This document shows positions 41,317 through 51,059 of a stretch of DNA of 64,000 nt, piece after piece. The position numbers and the translations under genes are program-made. The notes beneath the pieces are model-generated. The model saw only the letters and a list, made by a program, of their open reading frames with translations, had not been told where the DNA came from and made no database searches. Every line of letters starts with the position of its first letter. The stretch's first letter is position 1. The stretch is taken from positions 944,410 through 1,008,409 of the forward strand of contig CAWICF010000002.1 of assembly GCA_963834565.1 (NCBI GenBank), read 5' to 3'. The stretch comes from an uncultured Acidobacteriaceae bacterium (GTDB lineage Bacteria; Acidobacteriota; Terriglobia; Terriglobales; Acidobacteriaceae).

Positions 41317-41607
41317 CTAATCCGCAAACCGCAGCAGGATCTGACAAATGAGCCCCACAACCAGAAGGCCCGCGCCACTCACGGCGCGCCATACGGACTT
41401 TCGCGCCTCTTCCAATTCCGCGTCTTTCAGATTCAGCTTTGGGAATGTCGTGCGAAACGCATCGACGATGCGTTTGGTTTTCAGGTTGCGAGGCCCGAAG
41501 AAGACATCCCACGACAGCACTGCGCCTCCCAGAAATGTGATCACATCCGCGAGGATCCCCAGTGTCAAGCGATGATCATGTACGAAGCCCATACCCGACT
41601 GGTCCAT
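41317..41607 (-). CDS. Small two-transmembrane hypothetical protein
   Basis: Two hydrophobic helices (LGILADVITFLGGAVLSW; AVSGAGLLVVGLICQILL) around a charged loop. Confidence 0.6.
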   Translation of the reverse strand: MDQSGMGFVHDHRLTLGILADVITFLGGAVLSWDVFFGPRNLKTKRIVDAFRTTFPKLNLKDAELEEARKSVWRAVSGAGLLVVGLICQILLRFAD

Positions 41608-41824
41608 GCCCGACTATATCGCGGAGCCGCGCCTACAAGAACCAGGAAGTCCAAGATCCATCTGGCCGCAATCGAATTCGCGCGATACAGGGGAACTACC
41701 GCGAGCGTCCTGCGCCTTCTCTTCGTCTATCTTGCTGTCAAACTGTTACCCTTGAGCAGGACAGCCGGGGTGCGCTCAAGCATCGTTCCAGCATCAAAAC
41801 AGCGCAATTCCGGCAGGCAAAACC

Positions 41825-43018
41825 ATGGCAGAGTTCGTTATCAAGCTGGCCGATGAACGTGGCCGGGTTCAGGAGCAAATCCAGACCGCCTCCACGGCCG
41901 AGGAGTTGCGGGCCCGGTTCATCCACGCGGGCTATCATGTTTTCTCGGTCCGGACCCGTGGCTCGATCGCCCTCACGCGCCGCAAAGTCAAGCTTGAGCC
42001 TTTCCTCGTCTTCAACCAGCAGTTCCTCACCCTCATCAAAGCCGGCCTGCCCATACTCAGCTCACTGCAAATGCTCGGCAAAATCCAAAAGAATGCTGCC
42101 TTTGCGGGCCAGCTCGACGACGTTTCCACCCGCGTAAAAACCGGCGAAGCTCTCTCCGCTGCCTTCGAGGCGCAGAACGGCTTCCCCCTCATGTACACCA
42201 CAACACTGCTGGCTGGCGAACGCTCCGGCAACCTGAATGAAGTCCTGGAGCGCTACGTCACTTTCCAGAAACTCGCGCTCACCTTCCGCAAGAAGCTGGT
42301 TACTTCGCTCATCTACCCATGCGTGCTCATGACCCTGGTTATCGGGCTCATGATCTTCCTCTTCACCGTCGTCGTTCCGCAGTTCGCCGTCCTCTACGAC
42401 GAGATGGGCTCCAAGCTCCCGGCCATGACCCTGGGCCTGCTCAGCTTCGGCAAGTGGATGCGGGGCCACATCCTTTACATCGCGATTATCGCGCTCATCG
42501 GGGGCGCGTTCTTCTACCGCTTCTCACTCACCGATCGCGGCAAGGACTTCATCGACGGCTTCCGCGTCAAGCTTCCCGTTTTTGGCAAAATCTGGCTCAA
42601 GTATCAGGTCGCCCTCTTCGCGCGCACACTCTCCACGCTGCTCACCGGCGGCCTTCCGCTCGTCCCTTCGCTTGAGACCGCGGCCAAATCCATCTCATCG
42701 CGCCGTGTTTCAAAGGCCGTTCTCACTTCGCTCGTCACCGTGCGCGAAGGTAAGAGTCTCGCCGATTCGCTCTCCGGCACCGGCGTCTTCCCTCCGCTCG
42801 CGTGCGAAATGATCACCGTTGGCGAGCAGACCGGCGCTTTGCCCCAAATGCTCAACTCCGTCGCCGAATTCTATGAGGAAGACGTAGGCACTGCGCTCGC
42901 CGCCGCCATGAACCTGGTGGAGCCCATCATCCTCATCGTTATGGGCACCGTCGTCGTCTTCATTCTTATCTCTCTCTACCTGCCGATTTTTTCACTCGGG
43001 CAGGCGGGAACCATGTAA
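41825..43018 (+). CDS. pilC: Type IV pilus / T2SS inner membrane platform protein (PilC/GspF)
   Basis: TLIKAGLPI, GERSGNL, SLIYP, LLTGGLPL, VGEQTGAL..ML, LYLPIF. Confidence 0.92.
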   Translation: MAEFVIKLADERGRVQEQIQTASTAEELRARFIHAGYHVFSVRTRGSIALTRRKVKLEPFLVFNQQFLTLIKAGLPILSSLQMLGKIQKNAAFAGQLDDVSTRVKTGEALSAAFEAQNGFPLMYTTTLLAGERSGNLNEVLERYVTFQKLALTFRKKLVTSLIYPCVLMTLVIGLMIFLFTVVVPQFAVLYDEMGSKLPAMTLGLLSFGKWMRGHILYIAIIALIGGAFFYRFSLTDRGKDFIDGFRVKLPVFGKIWLKYQVALFARTLSTLLTGGLPLVPSLETAAKSISSRRVSKAVLTSLVTVREGKSLADSLSGTGVFPPLACEMITVGEQTGALPQMLNSVAEFYEEDVGTALAAAMNLVEPIILIVMGTVVVFILISLYLPIFSLGQAGTM

Positions 43019-43045
43019 CGGCAGGACTCGAGGAGGAAATTTCCC

Positions 43046-44707
43046 ATGGCTGAAACCGACGTTCTTACACCTCCGGCAACCACCGCTCCTGCCCTCCCGT
43101 CCGCAAATGGTGCCGACGAGCGCGCAAACGCTCAGGCTCTTGCTGCGCGCTATCACTCCGAATTCGTCGACCTGAAAAACTTCAAGATCCAGCATGACCT
43201 GCTGCGCACCGTGCCGGTCGAGCTCATGTTCCGCTACAACTTCGTGCCCATCGAGCAGCAGGCCGACATGCTCGTCATCGCCGTCAGCGATCCCTCCCGG
43301 CTCATGGTGCTCGACGAAATCGCGGGTCTGCTCGGCGCGCGCATCCAGGCCCGCGTCGCCACGCTCTCGCAAATCACTGAAGTTCTCAAGAAAACCGAGC
43401 AGTCGCAGCGCGTACTCGACGAAGCCAGCGAAGGCCTCACCTTCGACGTTCTCACCGGCGACGAAAACCCCGACGAAAACATCTCCATCGAGAAGCTCAC
43501 CAGCGACACGGAAGACATCAGCCCCATTATCCGCCTGGTCGACACCACAATCTTCACCGCGCTTGAGCGCCGCGCTTCCGATATTCACATCGAGAGCTAC
43601 GACGACTCCGTCCACGTCAAGTACCGCATCGACGGTGTCCTGCAGGAAGCCATGGCGCCCATCGCCCGCGAGCACCACGGCACCATTCTCGGCCGAATCA
43701 AGATCATGAGCGAGCTCGACATCGCCGAGAAGCGTGTGCCGCAGGACGGCCGCTTCCGCGTGCGCTACAAGACCCGCCTCATCGACTTCCGCGTTTCCAT
43801 AATGCCGACGATCTATGGCGAGAACGCCGTGCTCCGCGTGCTCGACAAGGAATCGATGAGCGAGAAGTTCAAAAACCTCACGCTCGACGTGGTGGGCTTC
43901 GCCGACGCCGACCTCCGCCGCTTTCGCCGCTACATTCGCGAACCGTACGGCATGGTGCTCGTCACCGGCCCTACCGGTTCCGGCAAAACCACCACGCTCT
44001 ATGCCGCGCTCAATGAGATCAAGAGCGACGAAGACAAGATCATCACCATCGAAGACCCGGTCGAGTACCAGATTCGCGGCATCACGCAGATTCCCGTGAA
44101 CGAGAAAAAAGGCCTCACCTTCGCACGCGGCCTGCGTTCGATCCTGCGTCACGACCCGGACAAGATCCTCGTCGGCGAAATCCGTGACCAGGAGACCGCG
44201 CAGATCGCCATCAACTCCGCGCTCACCGGCCACCTCGTCTTCACTACTGTCCACGCTAACAACGTGGTCGATGTCCTCGGCCGCTTTCTCAACATGGGTG
44301 TCGAAGCCTACAACTTCGTCTCCGCACTGAACTGCATCCTCGCTCAGCGCCTCGTGCGTACCATCTGCGAGTACTGTGCGCGCACCGTCCGCTACAGCGA
44401 CGATGTTCTGGTCGCCAGCGGAATGGATCCCGCCGAGTGGCGCAGCTTCGCCTTCCGCGAAGGCGTCGGCTGCATGGAGTGCGGCGGCACCGGCTATCGC
44501 GGCCGTACCGCCATCCATGAATTGCTTGACCTCACTGACACGATTCGCGAGATCATTCTCGCCAAAAAGCCCACGTCCGAAATCCGCAGAGAAGCGCAAA
44601 AAGAAGGCATGAGTTTCCTGCGCGAATCGGCCATTGAACGTGTACGCCGCGGTATCACCACGCTCAAAGAAATCAACAAGGTCACCTTCATTGAGGCATC
44701 AAGGTAA
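43046..44707 (+). CDS. pilB: Type IV pilus / T2SS assembly ATPase (PilB/GspE)
   Basis: ASDIHIE, RVPQDGRF, GPTGSGKTTTLY, TIEDPVEY, LRHDPDKILVGEIRD, TGHLVFTTVH, CxxC...CxxC Zn motif. Confidence 0.95.
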   Translation: MAETDVLTPPATTAPALPSANGADERANAQALAARYHSEFVDLKNFKIQHDLLRTVPVELMFRYNFVPIEQQADMLVIAVSDPSRLMVLDEIAGLLGARIQARVATLSQITEVLKKTEQSQRVLDEASEGLTFDVLTGDENPDENISIEKLTSDTEDISPIIRLVDTTIFTALERRASDIHIESYDDSVHVKYRIDGVLQEAMAPIAREHHGTILGRIKIMSELDIAEKRVPQDGRFRVRYKTRLIDFRVSIMPTIYGENAVLRVLDKESMSEKFKNLTLDVVGFADADLRRFRRYIREPYGMVLVTGPTGSGKTTTLYAALNEIKSDEDKIITIEDPVEYQIRGITQIPVNEKKGLTFARGLRSILRHDPDKILVGEIRDQETAQIAINSALTGHLVFTTVHANNVVDVLGRFLNMGVEAYNFVSALNCILAQRLVRTICEYCARTVRYSDDVLVASGMDPAEWRSFAFREGVGCMECGGTGYRGRTAIHELLDLTDTIREIILAKKPTSEIRREAQKEGMSFLRESAIERVRRGITTLKEINKVTFIEASR

Positions 44708-44716
44708 GTCAAGGAA

Positions 44717-45637
44717 TTGCTCGTGAAATTCGCAGCAAAGAAAGTCGTAACATCCAAACCCGGCGGACGCCCCCCGGCCGCCGTCGAAATCTCGACTGAG
44801 GGCGTCCTGGCCGCTGCGTCCCCCGGCGCGGGCCAGGCTTCCGTCTACGCATTCGCACCGCTCGCGCCTGGCACTGTCTCGCCCGCAATCGAGGGCACGA
44901 ATCTCCGCGATCCAGGAGCAGTCGCCAAGGCGATTCGCTCCGCACTCGGCGATGTTTCGCCGCGCACGCACTTTGTCACGCTCATCCTGCCCGATATCCT
45001 CGTCCGCGTCTTCATGCTCGACTTCGATTCCATGCCCGCCAAGCAGGCCGAAGCCATCTCCGTCGTCCGTTTCCGACTCCGCAAAATGGTCCCCTTTGAC
45101 GTGGAACACGCCGGCGTCAGCTATCAGGTGCTCTCGCAAAACGAAGCTGAGTGCAAGGTTCTCGCTGCCGTCGTTCCCGGCCCGGTTCTTGCCGAATACG
45201 AGACCGCGGTCCGCGACGCAGGCTACGAACCCGGCGCTGTTCTCTCCTCGAGCCTCGCCGCGCTTGAAGCCGTGGACAACATGGAAGCCGTGATGGCCGC
45301 AAATCTCAGCACCCTCGCCATCACTACTTCCATCGCCAACGGCCGGGACTTGCTGCTCTATCGCACTCTCGATCTGCCGCAGAATCCGCAACAGCGCCTC
45401 TACGAAATCCAGCGCAGCATTGCCGTCGCCGCTGCCTACTACGAGGACAAGCTTGGTTCCCGGCCCCGCCGTCTCCACTATGCCGGCTCCGTTCCCGGCG
45501 CTGATTTCGCGCGCGCCCTCGACGATCCCGAGCTCTCTGTCGTTGATTGGGTGCCTCGCCCTGAAAGCGGTGCGGTCACGACTTTGCCTCAAGCCAGTTA
45601 TGCCGGCGTGGCCGGCGCGCTGACGGGAGCGAGATAG
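44717..45637 (+). CDS. pilM: PilM-like actin-fold pilus assembly protein
   Basis: Position after pilB; AVEISTEGV, LILPD..VRVF, RFRLRKMVPF, EPGAV. Confidence 0.75.
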   Translation: MLVKFAAKKVVTSKPGGRPPAAVEISTEGVLAAASPGAGQASVYAFAPLAPGTVSPAIEGTNLRDPGAVAKAIRSALGDVSPRTHFVTLILPDILVRVFMLDFDSMPAKQAEAISVVRFRLRKMVPFDVEHAGVSYQVLSQNEAECKVLAAVVPGPVLAEYETAVRDAGYEPGAVLSSSLAALEAVDNMEAVMAANLSTLAITTSIANGRDLLLYRTLDLPQNPQQRLYEIQRSIAVAAAYYEDKLGSRPRRLHYAGSVPGADFARALDDPELSVVDWVPRPESGAVTTLPQASYAGVAGALTGAR

Positions 45638-45641
45638 CACG

Positions 45642-46442
45642 ATGCGCATCTCTCTCAATCTCGCTACGCGCCCCTTTACCGACTTCGGACCCGCGATCAA
45701 GCGTCTGCGGATCGCCATGGGCATCCTCGCTGCGCTCTCAATCCTCTTTGGCTTCGGGCTTCATTTCTTCGATAGCCGCGCCGCTGAAGCACGCGCCCGA
45801 GAGCATGCCGTCGACATGCAGATTGCGCGCGTCCAAGCCGAGCGCCAGCACGCCGAAGACTTCATGCATCAGTCCGCCAACGCGCAATTGCTGGCTCAGG
45901 CCCAGGCCCTCAACCAGATCTTCGACGAAAAGGCCTTCTCCTGGACTCTCGCCATGGAAGCCATGGAGACCGTCCTGCCAGCCGGCGTGCAGGTTACATC
46001 CATCGAACCCGCGCGCGAGAAGGACGGTCACATCGCCGTTCACATGCGGGTCACTGGCGGTCACGATCGGGCCGTCGAACTGGTGCGCAACCTCGAGGAC
46101 TCGAGGCGTTTCCTTCAACCGCGCATCGTCAACGAGAGCGCTGCGAGCAACAACGCTCCCAATCAGCGCCCCGGACCGGTCACTGCCTCCGACCGCTTCG
46201 ACTTCGATCTCTTCGCTGACTACAACCCGCCCTCGCTTGAAGAACGCGTGGCCCTGCGCACCATGCCCCGGCAGCACGTTTCCAGCGTTCCGCTCGGCAT
46301 TCGCCCGCCGAACTCGCCGAATCATCCTCCATTTGCGCAGCACTCAGAGCGCCAGCCCTACACCGGCCCGGCTCCATCGCAGCCCGGCACAAACCCCGCC
46401 TTCTATCGCAATCCTGCGTCCACGCCTGGAGGTCCGCAATGA
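45642..46442 (+). CDS. pilN: PilN domain protein
   Basis: MRISLNLATRPF, one TM, coiled coil, FSWT...ETVLPAGVQVTSI. Confidence 0.8.
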   Translation: MRISLNLATRPFTDFGPAIKRLRIAMGILAALSILFGFGLHFFDSRAAEARAREHAVDMQIARVQAERQHAEDFMHQSANAQLLAQAQALNQIFDEKAFSWTLAMEAMETVLPAGVQVTSIEPAREKDGHIAVHMRVTGGHDRAVELVRNLEDSRRFLQPRIVNESAASNNAPNQRPGPVTASDRFDFDLFADYNPPSLEERVALRTMPRQHVSSVPLGIRPPNSPNHPPFAQHSERQPYTGPAPSQPGTNPAFYRNPASTPGGPQ

Positions 46443-47104
46443 GCACGGCAGCCACCTCCACCACGTTGCGCGAACGCCTCAGCTCTCCTCTCACCTGGCA
46501 TCTCGCCGGGTTCGTCGTTCTGCTTGTAATTGCCATCGCTCTCGGCATTCGCCTGGGTTTTGACTGGACCGCCACCGATGCGCACGCAAACAGCGTTCTC
46601 ACCTCGAAGCAACTCCAGTTGAAGGCTCTTGAAATTCAGACCGTTCCCTTACGCGGCATCGACGGGCGCGTCGAAAAAACACGCGAGCAGATTGATCACT
46701 TCCAGCAGAAACGCATACCGCCCAACTACTCCTCCATCGACGAGCGTATCGACGAACTCGAAGTTGCCTCCGGTGTGCATCTCACCCGCGTGCAGTACAC
46801 GCAGCGTCCGCCCGGCTCCGGCCTCACCGAGATTACGATCGATACCAACCTCGCGGGCGACTATCCGGCCATCATGCGTTTCGTCAACGGCATCGAGCGC
46901 GACCCCATCTTCTTCGTCATCCGCGCCATGTCGTTTACCGGCCAGCAGGGCGGTCTCGTCAGCCTGCGCATGGAAGTCTCCACCTGGCTGCGGCCCGCCG
47001 ATGCAGCGGCCAGCGGTCTGCCGCCCACACCCGAAAACTCTGACCAAGCTCCCTCCGCATCCAATTCGGGATCCGTCTCCAGCCCGGGAAAGGAGGGTGA
47101 ATAA
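46439..47104 (+). CDS. PilO/GspM-like protein
   Basis: ATGA overlap with pilN; one TM; GDYPAIMRFVNGIERD...FFVIR ferredoxin-like pattern. Confidence 0.7.
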   Translation: MSTAATSTTLRERLSSPLTWHLAGFVVLLVIAIALGIRLGFDWTATDAHANSVLTSKQLQLKALEIQTVPLRGIDGRVEKTREQIDHFQQKRIPPNYSSIDERIDELEVASGVHLTRVQYTQRPPGSGLTEITIDTNLAGDYPAIMRFVNGIERDPIFFVIRAMSFTGQQGGLVSLRMEVSTWLRPADAAASGLPPTPENSDQAPSASNSGSVSSPGKEGE

Positions 47105-47106
47105 TC

Positions 47107-47721
47107 ATGGCCCTCGCTCTCGGTGCAGAAAACAAGAAGCAGGTTTATCTGCTCGTGGTTCTCGGTGCCTGCATTGTCATCGGCGGCGGCTTCGAGCTTT
47201 ACAGCAACTTTGCCACGCCCTCGACGCCATCTGCTCCTCCCGCCGTCAATGCGCCCAATCTCCACACACCGCCCGCACAAGGCGCCACTTTGACCGAAGG
47301 CGCTGAAGCCCAGAAACTGACCAATGCCGACATCGACCCTACTCTGCACTTCGACAAGCTCGCGCAGACCGAAGACGTCGAGTACGAAGGCACGGGCCGC
47401 AACATCTTCTCCATGGATTCCGCGCCTCCGCCCATCGAGAAGCAGCTTGCCTCTGCGCGCCCCAATCCTGCGCCTGTCGTCCCGCAGGGCCCGCCTCCGC
47501 CGCCCAAGCCGCCCGCAATCGATCTCAAGTACTTCGGCTACGAGCAGGACGGTGACAAGGCCTTCAAGGCTTTCTTCGTTCACGGCGAAGACATCTTCAT
47601 GGCCCACTCTGGCGAGATCGTCGACCATCGCTACAAGGTGGGCGCAATCCGCCCCATGAGCGTCGAAATCACCGACCTCGCCTACAACAACACGCAGACC
47701 ATTCCACTCACATCCAACTGA
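47107..47721 (+). CDS. Pilus/T2SS-associated hypothetical protein (PilP/GspC position)
   Basis: One TM, GRNIF, Pro-rich linker, LKYFGY...GEDIF.A..GEIV..RYKV. Confidence 0.7.
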   Translation: MALALGAENKKQVYLLVVLGACIVIGGGFELYSNFATPSTPSAPPAVNAPNLHTPPAQGATLTEGAEAQKLTNADIDPTLHFDKLAQTEDVEYEGTGRNIFSMDSAPPPIEKQLASARPNPAPVVPQGPPPPPKPPAIDLKYFGYEQDGDKAFKAFFVHGEDIFMAHSGEIVDHRYKVGAIRPMSVEITDLAYNNTQTIPLTSN

Positions 47722-47728
47722 GCCGCGC

Positions 47729-48661
47729 ATGAATCACTTCCCGACAATTCGCAGCACACTCCGCACAACCTCCGCGCGCAAAAGTGAGGATGGCTACATG
47801 CTGCTCGTCGCCGTCTTCTTTCTCGCGCTCATGGTGATCTCCCTTGCCGTCGCCGCTCCGGCGATCATCAAGTCCATCCAGCGCGACCACGATCTCGAGA
47901 CTTTTCAGCGCGGCAAGCAGTATCGACGCGCGATCCAGCTTTACTACCGCAAATTCCACGCCTATCCGCCCAACGTCGACGCGCTCGTCAACACCAACCA
48001 GATCCGCTTCCTGCGCAAGAAGTACACCGATCCCATCACCGGCAAGGACGATTGGAAGCCGGTACTCTTCGGCCAGAACAAAACGCCCACTGCGATGGGC
48101 TTCTTCGGTCAGCCGCTAAGCGGTAATGCAACTACGATCGCCGGCATCGGTCCCAGCGGCGGTGGCATGGCCGGGCTGCCGGGCATCACGCCACTCGGCG
48201 GCCCATCGGCCTCGAACCCGAGTACGTCGAGTAGCGGCTTCAGCCTGAGTCCTTCCAGCCCAGACAACAGTGGCGACTCATCTTCCAACACAACCGGCAC
48301 CTCCGGCGGCACACCCACCTCCGGGTCTAACTCAACTTCATCGGGCTCCGGTAGTTCAAATTCCAGCTCCGATCAGCCCTCCGGCCAGACCTTCGGCGGA
48401 GCCGGCATCATCGGCTTCTCGCCCGGCAGCTCGAAGCAATCGATTCTGGTCTACAAGAAAAAGAACCACTACAACGAGTGGGAGTTCACCTACGATCCGC
48501 TCTCCGATATGCAAATGATGGGCGGTGGGAACCTAGGCACCATCGGCCAGCCTGCAAGCAGCACCACGAACCCAGTCGGAACAAACCCCTTCAGCAGCAC
48601 TCCGACCTCCGGCGCAGGGTCCAGTCCCAACCCAGGCTCGTCGACAACCACCTCTCAGTAG
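47729..48661 (+). CDS. Pseudopilin / minor pilin-like protein (GspK/PilX-like)
   Basis: Prepilin-like ED G|YMLL followed by a hydrophobic helix; FLRKKYTDPITG; Ser/Gly-rich region. Confidence 0.72.
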   Translation: MNHFPTIRSTLRTTSARKSEDGYMLLVAVFFLALMVISLAVAAPAIIKSIQRDHDLETFQRGKQYRRAIQLYYRKFHAYPPNVDALVNTNQIRFLRKKYTDPITGKDDWKPVLFGQNKTPTAMGFFGQPLSGNATTIAGIGPSGGGMAGLPGITPLGGPSASNPSTSSSGFSLSPSSPDNSGDSSSNTTGTSGGTPTSGSNSTSSGSGSSNSSSDQPSGQTFGGAGIIGFSPGSSKQSILVYKKKNHYNEWEFTYDPLSDMQMMGGGNLGTIGQPASSTTNPVGTNPFSSTPTSGAGSSPNPGSSTTTSQ

Positions 48662-48685
48662 CGCAACCCTCAATTTCAAAAAGCA

Positions 48686-48717
48686 AAAGGCCCGCCCATC
48701 CGGGCGAGCCTTCTTCT
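48686..48717. terminator. Probable bidirectional intrinsic terminator
   Basis: AAAA-GGCCCGCCC-atcc-GGGCGAGCC-TTCTTCTT between convergent genes. Confidence 0.65.
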
Positions 48718-48749
48718 TGGTCCCTTTTTCCCTTGGTCCCTAGTTCCCT
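48718..48749. repeat. Octamer tandem array (NNNTCCCT x4)
   Basis: TGGTCCCT-TTTTCCCT-TGGTCCCT-AGTTCCCT. Confidence 0.7.
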
Positions 48750-48753
48750 GTCT

Positions 48754-49125
48754 TTACACGTTGAACGAGGATCCGCAGCCGCAGGTCGACTTCACCTGGG
48801 GATTCTCGAACTTGAAGCCGGCAGCCTCCAACGTCTCCACGTAATCCACCGTGCAGCCATTCAGGTACATCAGCGACGTGGCGTCGACGAACACCTTCAA
48901 GTCGTCGAAACTGAACACCTTATCCATCATGCCGCTCTGGTTCTCAAAAGCCATCGAATACTGGAACCCCGAACAGCCTCCGCCCACCACGCCAATGCGC
49001 AGCCCGGCAGGCAGTGGATTCTGGGTGGCCATGATCTCGCGCACCTTGGCAATCGCCTGTGGAGTCAAAATAAGAGGCGCCTTCTTTTCGGTTTCCTGGG
49101 TCGGTGCAACGGTGGTTGTGGCCAT
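48754..49125 (-). CDS. HesB/IscA family Fe-S cluster assembly protein (IscA/ErpA)
   Basis: LRIGVVGGGCSGFQY, FVDATS, FENP, CGCGSSF. Confidence 0.95.
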   Translation of the reverse strand: MATTTVAPTQETEKKAPLILTPQAIAKVREIMATQNPLPAGLRIGVVGGGCSGFQYSMAFENQSGMMDKVFSFDDLKVFVDATSLMYLNGCTVDYVETLEAAGFKFENPQVKSTCGCGSSFNV

Positions 49126-49448
49126 AGTCTCTCCCTTTGGGGTGATCTTGCTCACCCTATCTCTTCAACTTTAGCGTTCTACGGGCGCCGGCACAAGCCC
49201 CACGCTCCAATTCAATTCGTTAGATGCACCACCTAATGGAACGTCGCGGCTGGCAACGCGGTCCGCAACACCAAAATCGGGCTTATGGGAGGTGTAAAGG
49301 CTTGTAATCCCACCAACAAGACGGTTCCCAAAGTCACAAGAATGGGACTATGATGATGTCGAAAAAGGCCCCTCTACCCACGAGACCCGCGGATTCCCCC
49401 AACGATCCCGCCGGTATCTGGGACCGGAAATCGTACGGAGGTGCTCAT

Positions 49449-49730
49449 ATGCCGCTTGTCCCAGTGATGTGGACCGTTTGGGCCGCGTTCGTCGTTTTCA
49501 CGGCTGCAGTTTATATTTACCGTTCAAGCCTCACGCGCGATGAAGAGGACCAGATCTTCCTCGACGACTCCTTCGAACACGAAAAGAACGCCCAGGCGAT
49601 CATCGTTTCAAAGGTCGCCAAAGTAGAGCCGCTTGCGCACATCGGCATTTGGCTGGTCGTTGGTATGTCCGTGGTCGTAGTCATCTACTACGCGCGCGAC
49701 ATCATGATCCAGCTCCATTTGATCGGGTAA
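49449..49730 (+). CDS. Small two-TM hypothetical protein (paralog A)
   Basis: GGAG RBS; YRSSLTRDEEDQIFLDDS core between two TMs. Confidence 0.75.
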   Translation: MPLVPVMWTVWAAFVVFTAAVYIYRSSLTRDEEDQIFLDDSFEHEKNAQAIIVSKVAKVEPLAHIGIWLVVGMSVVVVIYYARDIMIQLHLIG

Positions 49731-49858
49731 CGCGGCACTCCCCGCTGCCCGCGCCGTGCGGCGAGCCCTTGTCGCACGGTCGCAATTCGTGCGCACAATC
49801 CCAGCCGCAGCATCACCGGGCCGCAGGCTGTTGGCGGAGTTGTCCGCGAGACCGTTTC

Positions 49859-50140
49859 CTAACGCAGTTGGTGGACCACGTCGAAAGCGTAGTAGACCAC
49901 AACAACAAGCGTCGTCGCGCCGACCAGCGCGAGAACCAGCCGCTTCAGTGGCTGGATCTTCTCGACCTTAACGGCAATCGCCGCCTGCTCTGATTGTTCA
50001 TGGCTTGAAGATTCAGAGAGGAACAGCTGATCCTCTTCATTTTTCGCCAGCCTCGACGCATAAAGAATTACGATGGCCATCAACACAACCGATGCGCCCC
50101 ACACCGACCAGATCACCGGGGTCCAGTTCATATCTTCCAC
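49859..50140 (-). CDS. Small two-TM hypothetical protein (paralog B)
   Basis: YASRLAKNEEDQLFLSES core; aligns end to end with paralog A. Confidence 0.75.
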   Translation of the reverse strand: MEDMNWTPVIWSVWGASVVLMAIVILYASRLAKNEEDQLFLSESSSHEQSEQAAIAVKVEKIQPLKRLVLALVGATTLVVVVYYAFDVVHQLR

Positions 50141-50396
50141 CTTCCCATCGTTGTTCGCTCCCCAACCGATGAGCGCAAAACTCCTGCGGCCTCATCAGCG
50201 ACGAGTCATTTTTCGTTGTTTATGTTAACCAGCTAAAGGCTCACCCGCGGGTGACAGCAATCACACTCCCCTTCACCTGTCCCACGATGAAAAAAGCCCG
50301 GAAGGCGCCTCATCTTCATGAATTGAGCGTTCGAGCGGTCCTTCAGAACAGAGGGTGTGTAATGGCAACAACGAAGAAGGTTGAGATTCTCGCCCA

Positions 50397-51059
50397 ATGA
50401 AGAGTGCCATTGTTTTTGGATCAAGCGGATTCGTGGGTTCGCATCTTTTGAGCGAGCTGTTGAACAGCCCTGATTACGGAAAGGTAACCGCCGTCGCTCG
50501 GAAAAGCCTGAATATCACTCACACAAAACTAAGAACAGTGATAGGCGATTACAACTCCCTTGCGGATGCGAAATCGGAAATCGCTGCGGATGAAGTCTTC
50601 ATTGCTCTTGGTACAACCAGGGCGAAATCGCCTGAGGAGGCCGCGTACTACCGGGTGGATCACGACTATCCCCTCCTGGCGGCGCGGATAGCCAAAGAAA
50701 GAGGGGCAAAATCGGTCTTTCTGGTTACAGCAGTCGGCGCCAATCCCAATTCGAAGTTCTTCTATGTACGGACCAAAGGAGAAACCGAGCGCGACGTGGT
50801 CGCACTCCATTTCGAGCATACGCACATCTTTCGCCCTTCGATGGTCATCGGGAGAAGGGGAGAGAAACGCTCATTGTTGGAAGAAGCACTGATGAGTTAT
50901 TGGCCTGTCTTAAATCCCCTTTTGAGATGGAAAGGCGGGAAATATAAGGGCATTTCGGGCGAAGATATTGCTAAAGCAATGGTGAAGTCGGCAAGGAATG
51001 AAACAGAGAAGGTAAAGATTTATCACTGGAGTGAAATGCACGATTTGCTACAAAGTTAA
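50397..51059 (+). CDS. NAD(P)-binding Rossmann protein (HTATIP2/YraR-like)
   Basis: FGSSGFVGS, FIALGTT, VDHDYP, YVRTKGETE, IFRPS; visibly AT-richer than its flanks. Confidence 0.88.
   Translation: MKSAIVFGSSGFVGSHLLSELLNSPDYGKVTAVARKSLNITHTKLRTVIGDYNSLADAKSEIAADEVFIALGTTRAKSPEEAAYYRVDHDYPLLAARIAKERGAKSVFLVTAVGANPNSKFFYVRTKGETERDVVALHFEHTHIFRPSMVIGRRGEKRSLLEEALMSYWPVLNPLLRWKGGKYKGISGEDIAKAMVKSARNETEKVKIYHWSEMHDLLQS

Noticed and set aside
42992-44599. 535-aa minus-strand ORF and other long antisense ORFs (e.g. 1669-3342, 27448-28476, 44699-45724)
   Set aside because: They lie opposite well-supported genes, have no recognisable motifs, and are expected shadows of high-GC codon bias.
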